DNA from: Hugenholtzia roseola DSM 9546
GTDB taxonomy: Bacteria; Bacteroidota; Bacteroidia; Cytophagales; Bernardetiaceae
Reading direction: 5' to 3'
Assembly (NCBI RefSeq): GCF_000422585.1
Contig: NZ_KE383880.1
Span: 1-64,000, forward strand
Length of the DNA stretch: 64,000 nucleotides
Shown: positions 37,616 to 49,032 of the stretch, piece by piece
How the letters are laid out: every line of letters starts with the position of its first letter
Numbering within the stretch: position 1 is the stretch's first letter
Notes under the pieces: generated by a model
Seen by the model: only the letters and a program-made list of their open reading frames with translations
What the model was told of the DNA's origin: nothing
The model's database searches: none
Position numbers and translations under genes: made by a program

Positions 37616-39358
37616 TTACTTTCCAAATCGCCTTTTTCGCACGCCATACCAAATCAGACCAAAGCAAAGAATGACAATTAGGGGCAAAACTAAGTTGAAG
37701 GTCTGCCAAAAAAGTTGGTCATCTTGCACCTGAAAGGGGTCTAATTGGCGAATGACAATTTCTTTTGAGCGTGCTGCAATGATACCTTCGGCATCAAGCA
37801 TATAGGCTAAAACATTGAGCAGCAAATCTTTATGACTATAAGTCTGTCCGCTAATGGGTTCATAGCCCAAAGGCAACGGATTGCCCGTTTTCTTATCCAT
37901 TTCGCTCAATAGGACATCGCCGTCGGCACAAATAAAGACCTTTCCGTATTGCCCCTTTTCTATAAAATCGTCCTTCGAAAAAGGCTCTGGTGGGAAACGC
38001 CCTGCAAAAGCAGAGTTAAAATTGCCCTCTAAAAGGTAAGCGAGCGGCAGATGAGGCGTTTGGTATAATTCAGGGACAAGGTCGGATTTTAGCTCTTCGA
38101 GCGAAATAAGGGTAGGAGCGCGTTTGATACGACTGTATTCGGAAGAAAAAATAAGGGGCGTTTTTTGGATAGGGGCAGCCGTTCGGACGGTATCCAAACT
38201 GCCTGCAAAGCGCAAATAAACCGCTCCTAAATTTTTAGTAATTGGGTGGTCTTCAAATTTGTTCGCGACAACGTAATAAGGGAAAGGCACGCGCTGCAAG
38301 TTGGGGCGGTTTCCGATATTTCCTACATTGACCACAATATTGCCCGATTGCACATCTTGTACCATGTCCTGATTGAGGCGCACGCCATAGCGGAAGACCA
38401 TCTCCAAAAGTTTTAAATCATAAGCAAAAGCATACGTACCTTCGAGGGCAATGCTATCGAGGTTCATCTGGATTTGGTCTATAAAAAGGAGCAGATTTCC
38501 GCCCTGCATCAGGTATTGGTCTAAAAGGTAGGTTTCCTTTTCAGAAAAGGCTTTTTTGGGCTGCGCCAAGATAATGGCATCATACTCTTGTAGGGCAGCC
38601 TTCTGTTCGAAACGGCTTAGATTGAGCCTTTCTACGGCATAAAATTCGGATAGACTGCGCTCGGCATCAATCATCTGGGTAGGGCTAAGTTCGTCGTGTC
38701 CTTCGATAATGCCTATGAGTTGCTTCTGTTTTTGGCTCATCTTTTTGATGGCAGCCATCAATTCATATTCCAAATTTTCTATGGACTGATTGAGCTGCTC
38801 CTGCGGACTTGCATTTTGATTGCCCTTTAAAAGTAATACGCCTGTTTCTTTGTTTTTGTAGGAAAGAATGGCACCGGGAAAGATGATTTTCTGTATTTTC
38901 TTGCCGTCTTGGGTATCGAAAAGGTTGGTAGGGGGAACGCCTCTACGCGCTAAATCGCTATAAAATTGATTTTTATCGTCGGGCGCAATGCTTTCGGGGT
39001 CTATAAAGCGAAATTGTATCTTGCTGCCTGCATGGGTTTTAAATTCTTCTAAGGTTTCTTTCAAGTTTTTTTGCAGCCTTTTGAAAGAGGCATTTAGGTC
39101 GCCTTCCAAATAAACATCAATATAAACAGGCTCTTCCAAGTTTTCCAAAATCTGAATAGAAGCCTGACTAAGGGTATAGCGTTTCTCCTGCGTGAGGTCT
39201 ATTCTAAAAAAATAACGCTGCGCCGCTAAGTTTAGCAAAATCAAAACCAAAATCAGAACCAAAATTTCTAAAAAGGCTTCCCATTTCAGTTTTTGAGAGA
39301 GTTGCATAAGGCTTTTTTTTAGGGTCGTTTGAAAGTTTTTGATAGTGGGCGATAGCAA
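37616..39358 (-). CDS. GldG-like gliding-motility-associated ABC-transporter auxiliary protein (N- and C-terminal TM anchors, large periplasmic domain)
   Basis: Topology and length match GldG (TM near residue 30 and another at the extreme C-terminus). This is a family-level impression only. Confidence 0.45.
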   Translation of the reverse strand: MLSPTIKNFQTTLKKSLMQLSQKLKWEAFLEILVLILVLILLNLAAQRYFFRIDLTQEKRYTLSQASIQILENLEEPVYIDVYLEGDLNASFKRLQKNLKETLEEFKTHAGSKIQFRFIDPESIAPDDKNQFYSDLARRGVPPTNLFDTQDGKKIQKIIFPGAILSYKNKETGVLLLKGNQNASPQEQLNQSIENLEYELMAAIKKMSQKQKQLIGIIEGHDELSPTQMIDAERSLSEFYAVERLNLSRFEQKAALQEYDAIILAQPKKAFSEKETYLLDQYLMQGGNLLLFIDQIQMNLDSIALEGTYAFAYDLKLLEMVFRYGVRLNQDMVQDVQSGNIVVNVGNIGNRPNLQRVPFPYYVVANKFEDHPITKNLGAVYLRFAGSLDTVRTAAPIQKTPLIFSSEYSRIKRAPTLISLEELKSDLVPELYQTPHLPLAYLLEGNFNSAFAGRFPPEPFSKDDFIEKGQYGKVFICADGDVLLSEMDKKTGNPLPLGYEPISGQTYSHKDLLLNVLAYMLDAEGIIAARSKEIVIRQLDPFQVQDDQLFWQTFNLVLPLIVILCFGLIWYGVRKRRFGK

Positions 39359-39520
39359 GCCCTATCCAAGCAAAGTTTTTTTGTAGGAAAACGGCTTGTT
39401 GTCTATTTTCGAAACACAAAGATAAGCAAACATAGAACACCCTGCACTCTTTGAAACTCACTTTTGCGGCGGCAAATTTGAGGCAGAGGGCAGGGTGCTT
39501 ATTAAAGACAAGGGAAAGGC

Positions 39521-40432
39521 TTAGTTTTCCCAAAGGTTGCTTTCGTACTCGATTTGCTTGTATTCGTACTGCTCACTTCCGATAAGCGAACGCTGTGTAT
39601 CGCCGTCGTTCATGTCGATAATCATTTCGTCGTCTAAGTTATCGTACTTGATGATTTTGCCTGTAAAGAGGCGCAAGTCGAAGGCTTCTTCGAGGTTTCT
39701 ATGATGTGCGTTGTTGTTGGTATTGTACCAGATGGCTTTTGGGTTGTCGCGGAAAAGGTTAGAAACCAATTCTTTGTAGCTAAAGAAAGCCAAAGGTTTT
39801 TCCATACCTGTCTTGGTGTCGAGTTCGGCAGGAATCCAGAAACCGATAGACTGAATGTCGTGAATCATGCGCGAGCGTTTTTTATCAAAAAGCAAATCTT
39901 CGCGGATTTCCATGATAGAAATTTGCTGTGGCATAAATTCTGCCGCTTCGGGAGCTGCCGAGCCACCGCCGCCATCGCCGCCGCCCCAATCGCCGCCGCT
40001 ACCCCAGTCGTCGCCGCCGCCGCCGCCGCCCCAACCGAGGTCGTCTGCGCCGAAGCCCATCGCGATTTCTTCTTCGGTAAGTTCGGGTCCGTCAGAAGGG
40101 ATTTTGAGCTTTTCTAAGAAGGTTTCTGTAGACATGCGCGTGGTGAGCGAATCGTTTTCGTAAGGTCTGATGATGCCCATTTTGGCAGCTTCAAAGATTA
40201 CCTTCGTAATTTCGTTGGCGCGAGCGAAGAAAGGCTTGTTTTGCTTTTCTTTGAGCAAGACTTTAAACCAGAGGGTCTTTTTATACATAATCTGCGACTC
40301 GTGAATCGGGCGCAAAGAGTTGTGATTATAGCCGTCGTTGGCAAACTCCATGCCGTATTCCTGCGCCTGCACCGATAAGGCTATCAGCGAAAAAAAGGCA
40401 ATAGAAAAGAGATGCAAGAGGTTTTTTTTCAT
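39521..40432 (-). CDS. secreted hypothetical protein with a Gly/Asp/Trp-rich low-complexity linker (GWGGGGGGDDWGSGGDWGGGDGGGG)
   Basis: Signal peptide MKKNLLHLFSIAFFSLIALSVQA. It sits immediately downstream of the GldG-like gene. Confidence 0.45.
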   Translation of the reverse strand: MKKNLLHLFSIAFFSLIALSVQAQEYGMEFANDGYNHNSLRPIHESQIMYKKTLWFKVLLKEKQNKPFFARANEITKVIFEAAKMGIIRPYENDSLTTRMSTETFLEKLKIPSDGPELTEEEIAMGFGADDLGWGGGGGGDDWGSGGDWGGGDGGGGSAAPEAAEFMPQQISIMEIREDLLFDKKRSRMIHDIQSIGFWIPAELDTKTGMEKPLAFFSYKELVSNLFRDNPKAIWYNTNNNAHHRNLEEAFDLRLFTGKIIKYDNLDDEMIIDMNDGDTQRSLIGSEQYEYKQIEYESNLWEN

Positions 40433-40958
40433 AATCTCTTAGGATTTATTAGATTGGAATTGAGAAGTTTCGTTTTCCTTCCAGGCGAAAGGAAAGCGTT
40501 ATGGTATTGATGCCTTTTAGGGCAAAGTTCCACATTTTTTTTCAGTTTTTTTAGATTTCTTTCAAGCGTATCTCTATGTTCTGTTAGTTGCCATCAATTG
40601 GGGCTTATCTTATACGGATTCAGACCACTATTAGCAGATGGCGATTGGTAGAGCGCAACTTGCAAGCAAAAGCAAAGCCTTTGCAAAAGTAACGTTTTTG
40701 TTCTAATCAAATTGTTTGAAGGTGAAAAAAAGTGAAAGGGCAGTAAGCATGCAATAAGATAGTAGGGCAATTTTAATCGCTAAACGCTTGATTTTGAAAC
40801 CATAGGCATAAGTAAGCGGCGCGGCAGTAGAAAGAAACTGTGCGCTTGCGCGAAAAAAATATTGGGGAAGTCTGTGAAAAGGGTTATATTGCCTCCAAAT
40901 TGGGAAAGGGCTGTCTTCTACCCTTTACAAAAACGGTGCTTTCCCCTGATTTTAGACT

Positions 40959-43052
40959 ATGCAAGCGACTACATCACGACAGGTAATCAAATATACTGCT
41001 TTCTTAGGGGCTTTTCTGGGCTGGTGTTTGCTCGTCGGCTATGAAACCTTAGAGATTTATTATTGGACAAACGGACAGAGTGAAAAAGGGCTTCCTTTTT
41101 TTTTAAAGGGACTTTTTCTCAATCTCTTTATCTTAGGTGCTTGGCTCTTTACCCACAAATCGGATACGCAACAAGCCCATGACGAAGATTTCTACGGGCG
41201 GATTCATAAGACCTTTGCGATTACGACCTTTTGTGGCATTTTTTCGCTTATCCTACGTGGCATGCTCTGGATGACGAGCCGCTTTTGGCTCGAACACATT
41301 TTTCTCTACAATGTGCTATATCACCTCGACTTGGCACTTTTTAGCATCTTCCTAATTACTATGTTTTTCAAATGGCGGCACATGATTTTATACAAATCAA
41401 ACCGCCTCAATCGCCGTATTTGGCGCGGCTTTTATACGCTGCTGCTTATTTCTACGGTGATGCACTTGGCGCGTCCGCAGCAAGTACCGCCGCTATTGAG
41501 CCTTCTGCTTTTGGTGGTCTTAATTATCGGTTTTTTGCCCTTAGTGGTCAATCTCAAATGGATAGCCATTCTTAGCTACCAACACAAACTCAATAGTTTG
41601 GCTTATCTGGGTATTACGCTGCTGATACAATCTTATTTTGTCTATGAAATTCTTTCCTACCAACAAATTGGCACAGACCGCATAGAGGAAGTTTCTACCC
41701 TCATCACCAACTTAGAACGCAGCGTCTTTTTTATCGGACTCTATCTCTTTACGGCTCTTTATGGCTTATCTGCCTTTTTTGCCATTCTTTTTAATTTGCC
41801 CACTGCTTCGGTCTTTGAAAAAAAGATGGGCGAATTAGACAAGGTACAACAACTTTCCGCCGCCATTTCAGGGGGCGACAACGAACAGCAAATCTATCGC
41901 CTGCTCCTCAATAGTGCGCAACAAATTTTGGGTACAGATGCCGCTTGGATAGAAGTAGAAGACCAAGAAGACAAGCTCATTCTGCACAATATTTCATACG
42001 AAAAAGCCCTCCGCTACCAAAGAGGCTTAGAACTTAAAAACCTGCACAGCCAAGACGACCCCTTCAAAGCGCGAAAGTTTCAAGCCAAACAGCTTTTCGA
42101 AACGCCCACAACACAAATGGAATATCATTCCTTGCTCTCCATTCCACTTGAAAATCAGCGGCAGCGTTTGGGTACGCTCGTCCTGCTCAAAAGACAAGAA
42201 AATGCTTTCGATGGTTTGGCTTTGGCTACCCTGCACCCTTTTGTTTCGCAGGCAAGTGTTACGCTCCACAATTTCAAACTCTTGGCAGAGGCAGTAAAGG
42301 TACAACAGTATAAAAATGAGCTTGAATTGGCGCGAAAGGTAAAAAACAGACTCCTGCCCAAACGCTTAGAACAAAATGAAGCCTTCGACATCTTTGCCCT
42401 TACAGGCTCTTCGAGCGAAGTAGGCGGCGATTATTACGACTTTTATCAGGTCAATCCTACAAAATACGTCGTCATGATTGCAGACGTGGCAGGGCATGGC
42501 ACTTCGGTAGCCTTCTACGTGGCACAGGTAAAAGGCGTATTTCAGAGTTTGGTGCAAATGGACTTAGCCCCCGACTTATTTATGGAATATGCCAATATCG
42601 CCCTTTCCAGCTGCTTAGAGCGCGGCATCTTTGTTTCGGCTACCTATCTGACCATCGATACCGAAAAAAAATCTATCTATCAGGCGCGAGCAGGACACTG
42701 CCCTACCATTTTCTACAAAAATTTAGACTACCAGACCGAACTTTGGGAGGGAAAGGGCTTAGGTTTGAATATTCTCAAAAGCAACCTATACAATCAGCAT
42801 ATAGAAACTACCTACCACGAATTTGAAGAAGAGGACATCTTACTGCTTTATACTGATGGCATCATAGAGGCGCGAAACCCCGTTTCGGGTGAAGAATACG
42901 GCACAGAACGCCTGCGCGAAGTCCTGACCGATAGCGTGCATTGTTCGGCTTTGCAGCAAATCGCTGAAACAATTTTAGCCAACGTCAATGACTTTACCGA
43001 TGATGTAGATTTTAAAGACGATTACACGCTTTTGCTCATCCGCTTTTTCTAA
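40959..43052 (+). CDS. membrane sensor: N-terminal polytopic (about 7-TM) region, GAF-like middle, C-terminal PP2C/SpoIIE phosphatase
   Basis: Multiple TM helices. PP2C motifs GGDYYDF, ADVAGHG, YTDGI. Confidence 0.65.
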   Translation: MQATTSRQVIKYTAFLGAFLGWCLLVGYETLEIYYWTNGQSEKGLPFFLKGLFLNLFILGAWLFTHKSDTQQAHDEDFYGRIHKTFAITTFCGIFSLILRGMLWMTSRFWLEHIFLYNVLYHLDLALFSIFLITMFFKWRHMILYKSNRLNRRIWRGFYTLLLISTVMHLARPQQVPPLLSLLLLVVLIIGFLPLVVNLKWIAILSYQHKLNSLAYLGITLLIQSYFVYEILSYQQIGTDRIEEVSTLITNLERSVFFIGLYLFTALYGLSAFFAILFNLPTASVFEKKMGELDKVQQLSAAISGGDNEQQIYRLLLNSAQQILGTDAAWIEVEDQEDKLILHNISYEKALRYQRGLELKNLHSQDDPFKARKFQAKQLFETPTTQMEYHSLLSIPLENQRQRLGTLVLLKRQENAFDGLALATLHPFVSQASVTLHNFKLLAEAVKVQQYKNELELARKVKNRLLPKRLEQNEAFDIFALTGSSSEVGGDYYDFYQVNPTKYVVMIADVAGHGTSVAFYVAQVKGVFQSLVQMDLAPDLFMEYANIALSSCLERGIFVSATYLTIDTEKKSIYQARAGHCPTIFYKNLDYQTELWEGKGLGLNILKSNLYNQHIETTYHEFEEEDILLLYTDGIIEARNPVSGEEYGTERLREVLTDSVHCSALQQIAETILANVNDFTDDVDFKDDYTLLLIRFF

Positions 43053-43259
43053 AAAAAACGCCCACAGAGGACATTCTGAACCCATAAGCCGCCGATTTGC
43101 TGACGTTTGTCATTTTTTGCTTTGCCCAAATAAGGCTAACTTTGCAGCCACAAAATCTTGCGCAAATCTGGACGAGGATTTTATGCTTGTAATTTTGTTA
43201 TCGTTTTAAGTTTTTTATAACTTTCTAACCACTTAGTAGAACCTAAGAACGGAATTTTT

Positions 43260-44282
43260 ATGAACACAACCCCTAATCTTTCGCCCTCACTCGAAAGTGA
43301 GCCGCTGCCCTATCGCGTCTTGCTCTACTACTGTTTCACCCCCATCGAAGACCCCACTGCGCTACGCAACGAGCAACATGCCCTCTGCATCGAACTCAAT
43401 TTGCGCGGCAGGATTATCGTCGCTTCCGAAGGACTCAACGGAACGGTATCAGGTACGATTGCCGACTGTGAAGCCTACATGGAGCGCGTAAGCCAAGACC
43501 CACGTTTTAAGGGCATCGATTTTAAAATTGAAGGTGCGCAAGGGCATACCTTCCGAAAAATCAACGTGCGCGTCAAAGAGGAAATCGTCCATGCGGGATT
43601 GCCTCATTTGAAGCCCTACCAAAAAACAGGCAAGCATCTGACCCCTGCCGAATTTAAGAGTCTGATGCAAAACGACCCCAACGTCGTTGTGGTAGATATG
43701 CGCTCGAACTACGAACACAATTTAGGCAAATTTAAAAATGCCCTCACCTTCGACATGGAAAATTTCAGGGAGCTGCCAGAACACCTCGCCGAAATTGAAC
43801 ACCTAAAAGATAAAAAAATCCTGACCTACTGCACAGGCGGAATCAAATGCGAAAAAGCAACCGCCCTGCTGCTCGAAGCAGGCTTCCAAGACGTGTATCA
43901 ACTTCATGGCGGCATCATCAAATACGGGGCAGAAGCAGGTGGCGAAGACTTTGAAGGCAAGTGTTACGTCTTCGACGGGCGGGTAGCCGTAGATGTCAAT
44001 CAGGTAAATCCTACCATTCTGACCGAATGTTATGTCTGTGGTACAAAATCGGATAACATGGTGAATTGTGCCAATCCTACCTGCAACCGACATACCGTTA
44101 TTTGTCAGACTTGTCTGGAAAATCTTGACGGCGGCTGCTCGATAGAATGTAAGACGCACCCCGAAAAACGCCCCTATGATGGCAGCGGCAAATATGAGCG
44201 CGTTTCAAATGGCTATAATCCAGAGATAGGATTTAGGCAGCAGGCTCGCGAATTGCGAAAAAGCAAGGAAGAAACACATTAA
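43260..44282 (+). CDS. trhO: rhodanese-domain tRNA U34 hydroxylase (YceA/TrhO family)
   Basis: UPF0176 N-terminal domain, rhodanese CTGGIKCEK active-site loop, and a C-terminal Cys-rich tail. Confidence 0.75.
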   Translation: MNTTPNLSPSLESEPLPYRVLLYYCFTPIEDPTALRNEQHALCIELNLRGRIIVASEGLNGTVSGTIADCEAYMERVSQDPRFKGIDFKIEGAQGHTFRKINVRVKEEIVHAGLPHLKPYQKTGKHLTPAEFKSLMQNDPNVVVVDMRSNYEHNLGKFKNALTFDMENFRELPEHLAEIEHLKDKKILTYCTGGIKCEKATALLLEAGFQDVYQLHGGIIKYGAEAGGEDFEGKCYVFDGRVAVDVNQVNPTILTECYVCGTKSDNMVNCANPTCNRHTVICQTCLENLDGGCSIECKTHPEKRPYDGSGKYERVSNGYNPEIGFRQQARELRKSKEETH

Positions 44283-44398
44283 ATTAAACTTTTTTTGTAG
44301 GGACAAGGCATTGTCTTGTCCCTATCTTTACTTCTAATTTTTAGAACTTAGCACCAATAAGTTTTAAGTCGTATAATTTTAGGCGACAATTCGCCACG

Positions 44399-46294
44399 CT
44401 ATACCGCCGCTTCTACTTCCAAATCCTTCTCTACCTTTAAGTTATCGATAATAAAACGCTGACGGTCGGTCGTATTTTTACCCATGTAGTAAGCAAGCAA
44501 ATCCTGAATAGAGGTATTTTTGCTCAAAATAATGGGTTGTAGGCGCATGTCCTCGCCAATAAAACGCCCAAACTCGTCGGGTGAAATTTCGCCTAACCCT
44601 TTGAAGCGGGTAATCTCGTAGCCCTTGCCAAGTTTGCGCATCGCTTTCTGCTTTTCTTCTTCCGAATAGCAATAAATGGTATCTTTTTTATTGCGTACCC
44701 TAAAAAGTGGCGTTTCTAAGATATAAACGTGTCCTTTTTTGACTAAATCGGGGAAAAAGTGTAAGAAAAAAGTCATCAGCAGCAAACGAATGTGCATGCC
44801 ATCTACGTCGGCATCAGTAGCGATAACGACGCGGTGGTAACGTAAATTTTCAATTCCCTCCTCGATATTGAGGGCATGCTGCAAAAGGTTGAACTCCTCG
44901 TTTTCATACACTACCTTTTTGGTCAGGTTGAAGCAATTAAGCGGCTTTCCACGCAAACTAAAAACGGCTTGCGTTTGCACATCACGCGCTTTGGTAAGAC
45001 TACCACTTGCCGAATCGCCCTCGGTGATAAAAATAGTAGTTCGTTTTCTGATAATTTCGTCGCCCTTTTCGTCGTTGGCATGTACCCTACAATCACGCAA
45101 CTTTTTGTTGTGAAGGTTCGCTTTTTTGGCGCGTTCATTGGCTATTTTTTTGATACCTGCCATGTCCTTGCGCTCGCGTTCCGACTGCATGATGCGTTTG
45201 AGCAGAGCCTCCGCCACTTGCGGATTTTTGTGTAGGTAGTTATCTAATTCTGTTTTTAAAAAGTCATTGATAAAGCTACGCACCGTTGGGCTATTGGGGT
45301 CGGGTGCGATATGGGTAGAGCCTAATTTGGTCTTGGTTTGCGATTCGAAGACAGGCTCCTGCACTTTCAAAGAAACCGCCGCCACAATGGACTGTCGGAT
45401 GTCGGCAGCCTCGAAATTTTTGCCATAAAAATCGCGCACCGTCTTGACTACCGCCTCGCGAAACGCCGCCAAATGCGTGCCGCCCTGTGTGGTATATTGC
45501 CCATTGACGAAAGAATAATAATCCTCGCCATACTCGTCGTTGTGGCTCAAAGCCACTTCGATATCCTGACTTTTGAGATGAATGATAGGGTAGCGCAATT
45601 TTTCTTCATCTACCTTTCGGAGCAATAAATCATAAAGCCCTCGCTCGGAAACATACTTTTGCCCATTGTAAATCAGGGCAAGCCCTGCATTCAAAAAGGC
45701 ATAGTTCCAAAGTTGCTCCTCTAAAAATTCGGGGATAAAGCGATAATTTTTAAAAATGCTATTATCAGGCTCGAAAATGACAAGCGTACCATTTTTTTCA
45801 TTGGTAGCGGCAAGGGGCTGCTCCTCGCGCAATTCGCCCTTTTCAAAGATGGCTACTTTGGTCTGCCCCTCCCGAAAAGATTGCACACGAAAATAAGTAG
45901 AGAGCGCATTGACCGCCTTTGTACCCACGCCGTTGAGTCCGACGGCTTTTTTAAAGGCTTCGGAGTCGTATTTTGCCCCTGTATTGATTTTCGAAACGCA
46001 GTCGATGACTTTGCCCAAGGGAATCCCCCTGCCATAGTCGCGCACCGTAACGCGGTGTTTTTCAATCTGGATTTCGATTTTTTTGCCGTTGCCCATCACA
46101 AATTCATCGATGGAGTTGTCTAAAATTTCCTTGACCAAGACATAGATGCCGTCGTCGGCAGCCGAGCCATCGCCTAACTTACCGATATACATGCCGGGAC
46201 GCAAACGGATATGTTCGCGCCAATCGAGCGAGCGTATGCTATCTTCGTCATAAGAAACGCCTTGATTGGGCGCAAGAGGCTGATTTTCTGCCAT
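44399..46294 (-). CDS. parE: DNA topoisomerase IV subunit B (type IIA topoisomerase ATPase/TOPRIM subunit, short ParE-type)
   Basis: GHKL ATPase motifs ([15 protein letters not shown]), a TOPRIM region, and 631 aa, which fits ParE rather than GyrB. Confidence 0.8.
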   Translation of the reverse strand: MAENQPLAPNQGVSYDEDSIRSLDWREHIRLRPGMYIGKLGDGSAADDGIYVLVKEILDNSIDEFVMGNGKKIEIQIEKHRVTVRDYGRGIPLGKVIDCVSKINTGAKYDSEAFKKAVGLNGVGTKAVNALSTYFRVQSFREGQTKVAIFEKGELREEQPLAATNEKNGTLVIFEPDNSIFKNYRFIPEFLEEQLWNYAFLNAGLALIYNGQKYVSERGLYDLLLRKVDEEKLRYPIIHLKSQDIEVALSHNDEYGEDYYSFVNGQYTTQGGTHLAAFREAVVKTVRDFYGKNFEAADIRQSIVAAVSLKVQEPVFESQTKTKLGSTHIAPDPNSPTVRSFINDFLKTELDNYLHKNPQVAEALLKRIMQSERERKDMAGIKKIANERAKKANLHNKKLRDCRVHANDEKGDEIIRKRTTIFITEGDSASGSLTKARDVQTQAVFSLRGKPLNCFNLTKKVVYENEEFNLLQHALNIEEGIENLRYHRVVIATDADVDGMHIRLLLMTFFLHFFPDLVKKGHVYILETPLFRVRNKKDTIYCYSEEEKQKAMRKLGKGYEITRFKGLGEISPDEFGRFIGEDMRLQPIILSKNTSIQDLLAYYMGKNTTDRQRFIIDNLKVEKDLEVEAAV

Positions 46295-46580
46295 ATTTTT
46301 CAGTTTTTTTTCAGATTTTTTTCAGATTCGGGGGAGATGCGGTAAAAACCAAAGCAAGTTCGCATTTTTTGGGCAGAAAAACAATTTCTGGTCGGGGGCA
46401 GCCCCAAAAATGTCAAAAAAAATAGCAAGTGCAAGATTTTATTGCGCAAACAAAGGATTTTAAGACTCTGCCTTGTCTGCTATCTTTAAAAAAACTTAAA
46501 ATCATATTTGGGCAATCCCTATTTTCTTGCTAAATTGCCCTACCTTTTCCTGATTTTCAGACTTGTCCTGATTTTCAGAT

Positions 46581-48860
46581 TTGGTGGGTACTACTTTTAG
46601 GGTTGGCAATATGAGGATTGTAAAGAAAAGGAAAAGAACGAGTTTGAGCAGTTTTTGTTGGGTTTGGTTACTCCTTTTGGGGCTTGGCTGCACTTTTCAA
46701 AAGGCGGCATGGGCGCAGCAGCCCAATTTGAGTGAGAAATTTGTCGCAGAATTGGCAGAGCAAGAGGTACGCATTTACAGTAAGAGTTGGCGCGTTTTAT
46801 TAGATTCCTTAGAAAAAGGTACATCAGAAACGCGACACCTTTATCTACAAAAATTTGAAAATCTGACCCAAAAAAAAGACCTAAATCCTTCTTTGAAGAA
46901 AAAAATTGCCTTTTATTTTTTTATCTATGAAGCGCGAAAAAAGCTATTGCAGGATACCGCTGTGGTCGGTTTATTGGTGGAAGCCAAAGAGCGATTGCAC
47001 ACGATAGAAAGTGCAGGCGAAGCGGCAACAGAGGTTTATGGCTTGTATGAAAGAGGGACTTTGTACGCGCTTTTAGGCAATATTTTAGTGAAAATGTTGA
47101 AAGAAGAAGAAGCCATTACTTATTATTTGCAAGCGGCAGAAATGTACCAGCAGGCAGGTTGTTTGTATGAATTAGCCTATCAGTATGATGAAATTGGTAC
47201 GATTTATTGGCGCATCAAAGATTGGCAGAGGGCTGCCTATTACTTTGAAAAAGAGCTACTTATCGCCGAAAACATCAAAGACCTTTGGCTTACTATGCAT
47301 GCGCACCTCAATTTTGGACTTGCCAAAGAAAGACAAGGCGCACATCAAATTGCACTTCAACATTTTCATATTGGATTAGAATATGCACAAAAAAGGAAAG
47401 ATTCGGCTGCCATCGGACTCTTGGTAGGCAATATTGGGGCTGTGTATATCAAAGAAAAAGAATATGAAAAAGCCAAAACTTTTTTAGAGCAAGATTATCT
47501 CCTAAGCCGCCGCTTTGGAGAGGTCAAGAGTGCCATCAATGCCCTCAATGCCTTAGTGGAAATTGCTATCATAGAAGGCGATTGGAAGCGTGCCGAACTT
47601 TTGGGCGATAGTGCCTTAGTATTGGCAGAAAAGTATGCCGAATTAGAAGTTTCGCGTGCAATCGCTTATAAAAACTTACATCTGCTTTATGCGCAACAAA
47701 AAAACTTCGAGAAAGCCTACCACTACCTTCTCATGCACGATAGTTTGTATGAAAATCGCCTCAAAAATCAGAACCACGCCAAGATATACAACGCCGAAGC
47801 CGCCTATAATTTGGGCAAAAAAACCACAGAAAACGAACTTTTAAAGGAAAAAAATCAGAATAAAATTATCGTTATTGTCTGTATTTTGATAGGCGCAGCC
47901 CTGCTTTTTTTCTTGGCTTATATCCTGCATAAAAGCAACAGCGAAAAAGCACAACTTAATGCGATTTTATTACAAAAAACAAAAGAAATAGAGCTTCAAA
48001 ATAATGCTTTAATAGAAAAAAATGCAGAAATTTTAAGCCAAAACGAAGAAGTAGAGCTTCTAAACGAACAACTTTCTATCCTCAACAACAACTTAGAACA
48101 GACCATTTATGAGCGAACACAGGAATTAGAAAAAACAGTAGGCAAACTTTCGCAAACGCAAAACGAACTCGAAACCTTTATGTATAATGCCGCCCACGAC
48201 TTGCGTGCGCCTATCCTGCGGATTTTGGGCTTGGTGCGTATCGGGCGCATGGAATTGCAAACGGCAACAGGGGAAAACCTGCCCGAACCCTATTTTTTGT
48301 CGCATTTCGAGGAAACTGCCCACCATTTGGATAGGCTCATTCGCAAACTTATCGCCATACACGAAATTCTGACCGCCGAGCCGCACCACGAACCGCTCGA
48401 AGCCAAAACCCTGATGGAGGCATTGGCGCATTTTTACGAAAAAAATCCGCTCAAATCGCCCTACATTCAGTTTGCGCTTCACGACTACACCTACCGCCCT
48501 TTTTTGGCAGACGAAAAACTTTTGCTCATGGCACTTTTTGCACTATTAGAAAATGCCCTACTTTTTAGAAGCACGCACCACCAGACCCAAGTGACGCTCA
48601 ACCTCAAACAAGATAAGACTGCTACCTATTTTGAAGTATCGAGCAATGGCGCAACGATAGAAACCGCGCTACACGAAAAGATTTTTGAGATGTTTTTTAG
48701 AGGCTCACTCGAACACAAAAACGGACATGGCTTGGGGCTTTATATGGTAAAAAAAATTGCCGAACAATTAGGTGCGACCATCAGCCTACAAGTGCAGGGT
48801 CAGAAAAACATCTTCCTTTTCACCCTCTTAGAAAAAGAGCGCGAGGAAAGCCTAAGATAA
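46581..48860 (+). CDS. TPR-repeat sensor histidine kinase
   Basis: TPR region, one TM, a coiled coil, an H-box FMYNAAHDLRAPI and a HATPase G-box GHGLGLYMV. Confidence 0.75.
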   Translation: MVGTTFRVGNMRIVKKRKRTSLSSFCWVWLLLLGLGCTFQKAAWAQQPNLSEKFVAELAEQEVRIYSKSWRVLLDSLEKGTSETRHLYLQKFENLTQKKDLNPSLKKKIAFYFFIYEARKKLLQDTAVVGLLVEAKERLHTIESAGEAATEVYGLYERGTLYALLGNILVKMLKEEEAITYYLQAAEMYQQAGCLYELAYQYDEIGTIYWRIKDWQRAAYYFEKELLIAENIKDLWLTMHAHLNFGLAKERQGAHQIALQHFHIGLEYAQKRKDSAAIGLLVGNIGAVYIKEKEYEKAKTFLEQDYLLSRRFGEVKSAINALNALVEIAIIEGDWKRAELLGDSALVLAEKYAELEVSRAIAYKNLHLLYAQQKNFEKAYHYLLMHDSLYENRLKNQNHAKIYNAEAAYNLGKKTTENELLKEKNQNKIIVIVCILIGAALLFFLAYILHKSNSEKAQLNAILLQKTKEIELQNNALIEKNAEILSQNEEVELLNEQLSILNNNLEQTIYERTQELEKTVGKLSQTQNELETFMYNAAHDLRAPILRILGLVRIGRMELQTATGENLPEPYFLSHFEETAHHLDRLIRKLIAIHEILTAEPHHEPLEAKTLMEALAHFYEKNPLKSPYIQFALHDYTYRPFLADEKLLLMALFALLENALLFRSTHHQTQVTLNLKQDKTATYFEVSSNGATIETALHEKIFEMFFRGSLEHKNGHGLGLYMVKKIAEQLGATISLQVQGQKNIFLFTLLEKEREESLR

Positions 48861-49032
48861 TCATTTAAAGATAATTTTTTGAAGACGGCACTCTTAAAAA
48901 AGCCTAAAAGCAAATAAACTTTGCTTTCAAACGCCCCTGCCATGACTTTTTTCGCAAAAAAAATCGTATCTTGCCCCTACAAAGCGAAAAGCTATTTGGT
49001 TATGACTTCCTAACTTCAAACTCTTTATTAAA

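Noticed and set aside
46295-46580. Short direct repeats (TTTTTCAG x3 at ~46300..46330; CCTGATTTTCAGA x2 at ~46540..46575) upstream of the histidine kinase gene.
   Set aside because: Low-complexity T-rich intergenic sequence. Too short and simple to call a regulatory repeat without expression data.
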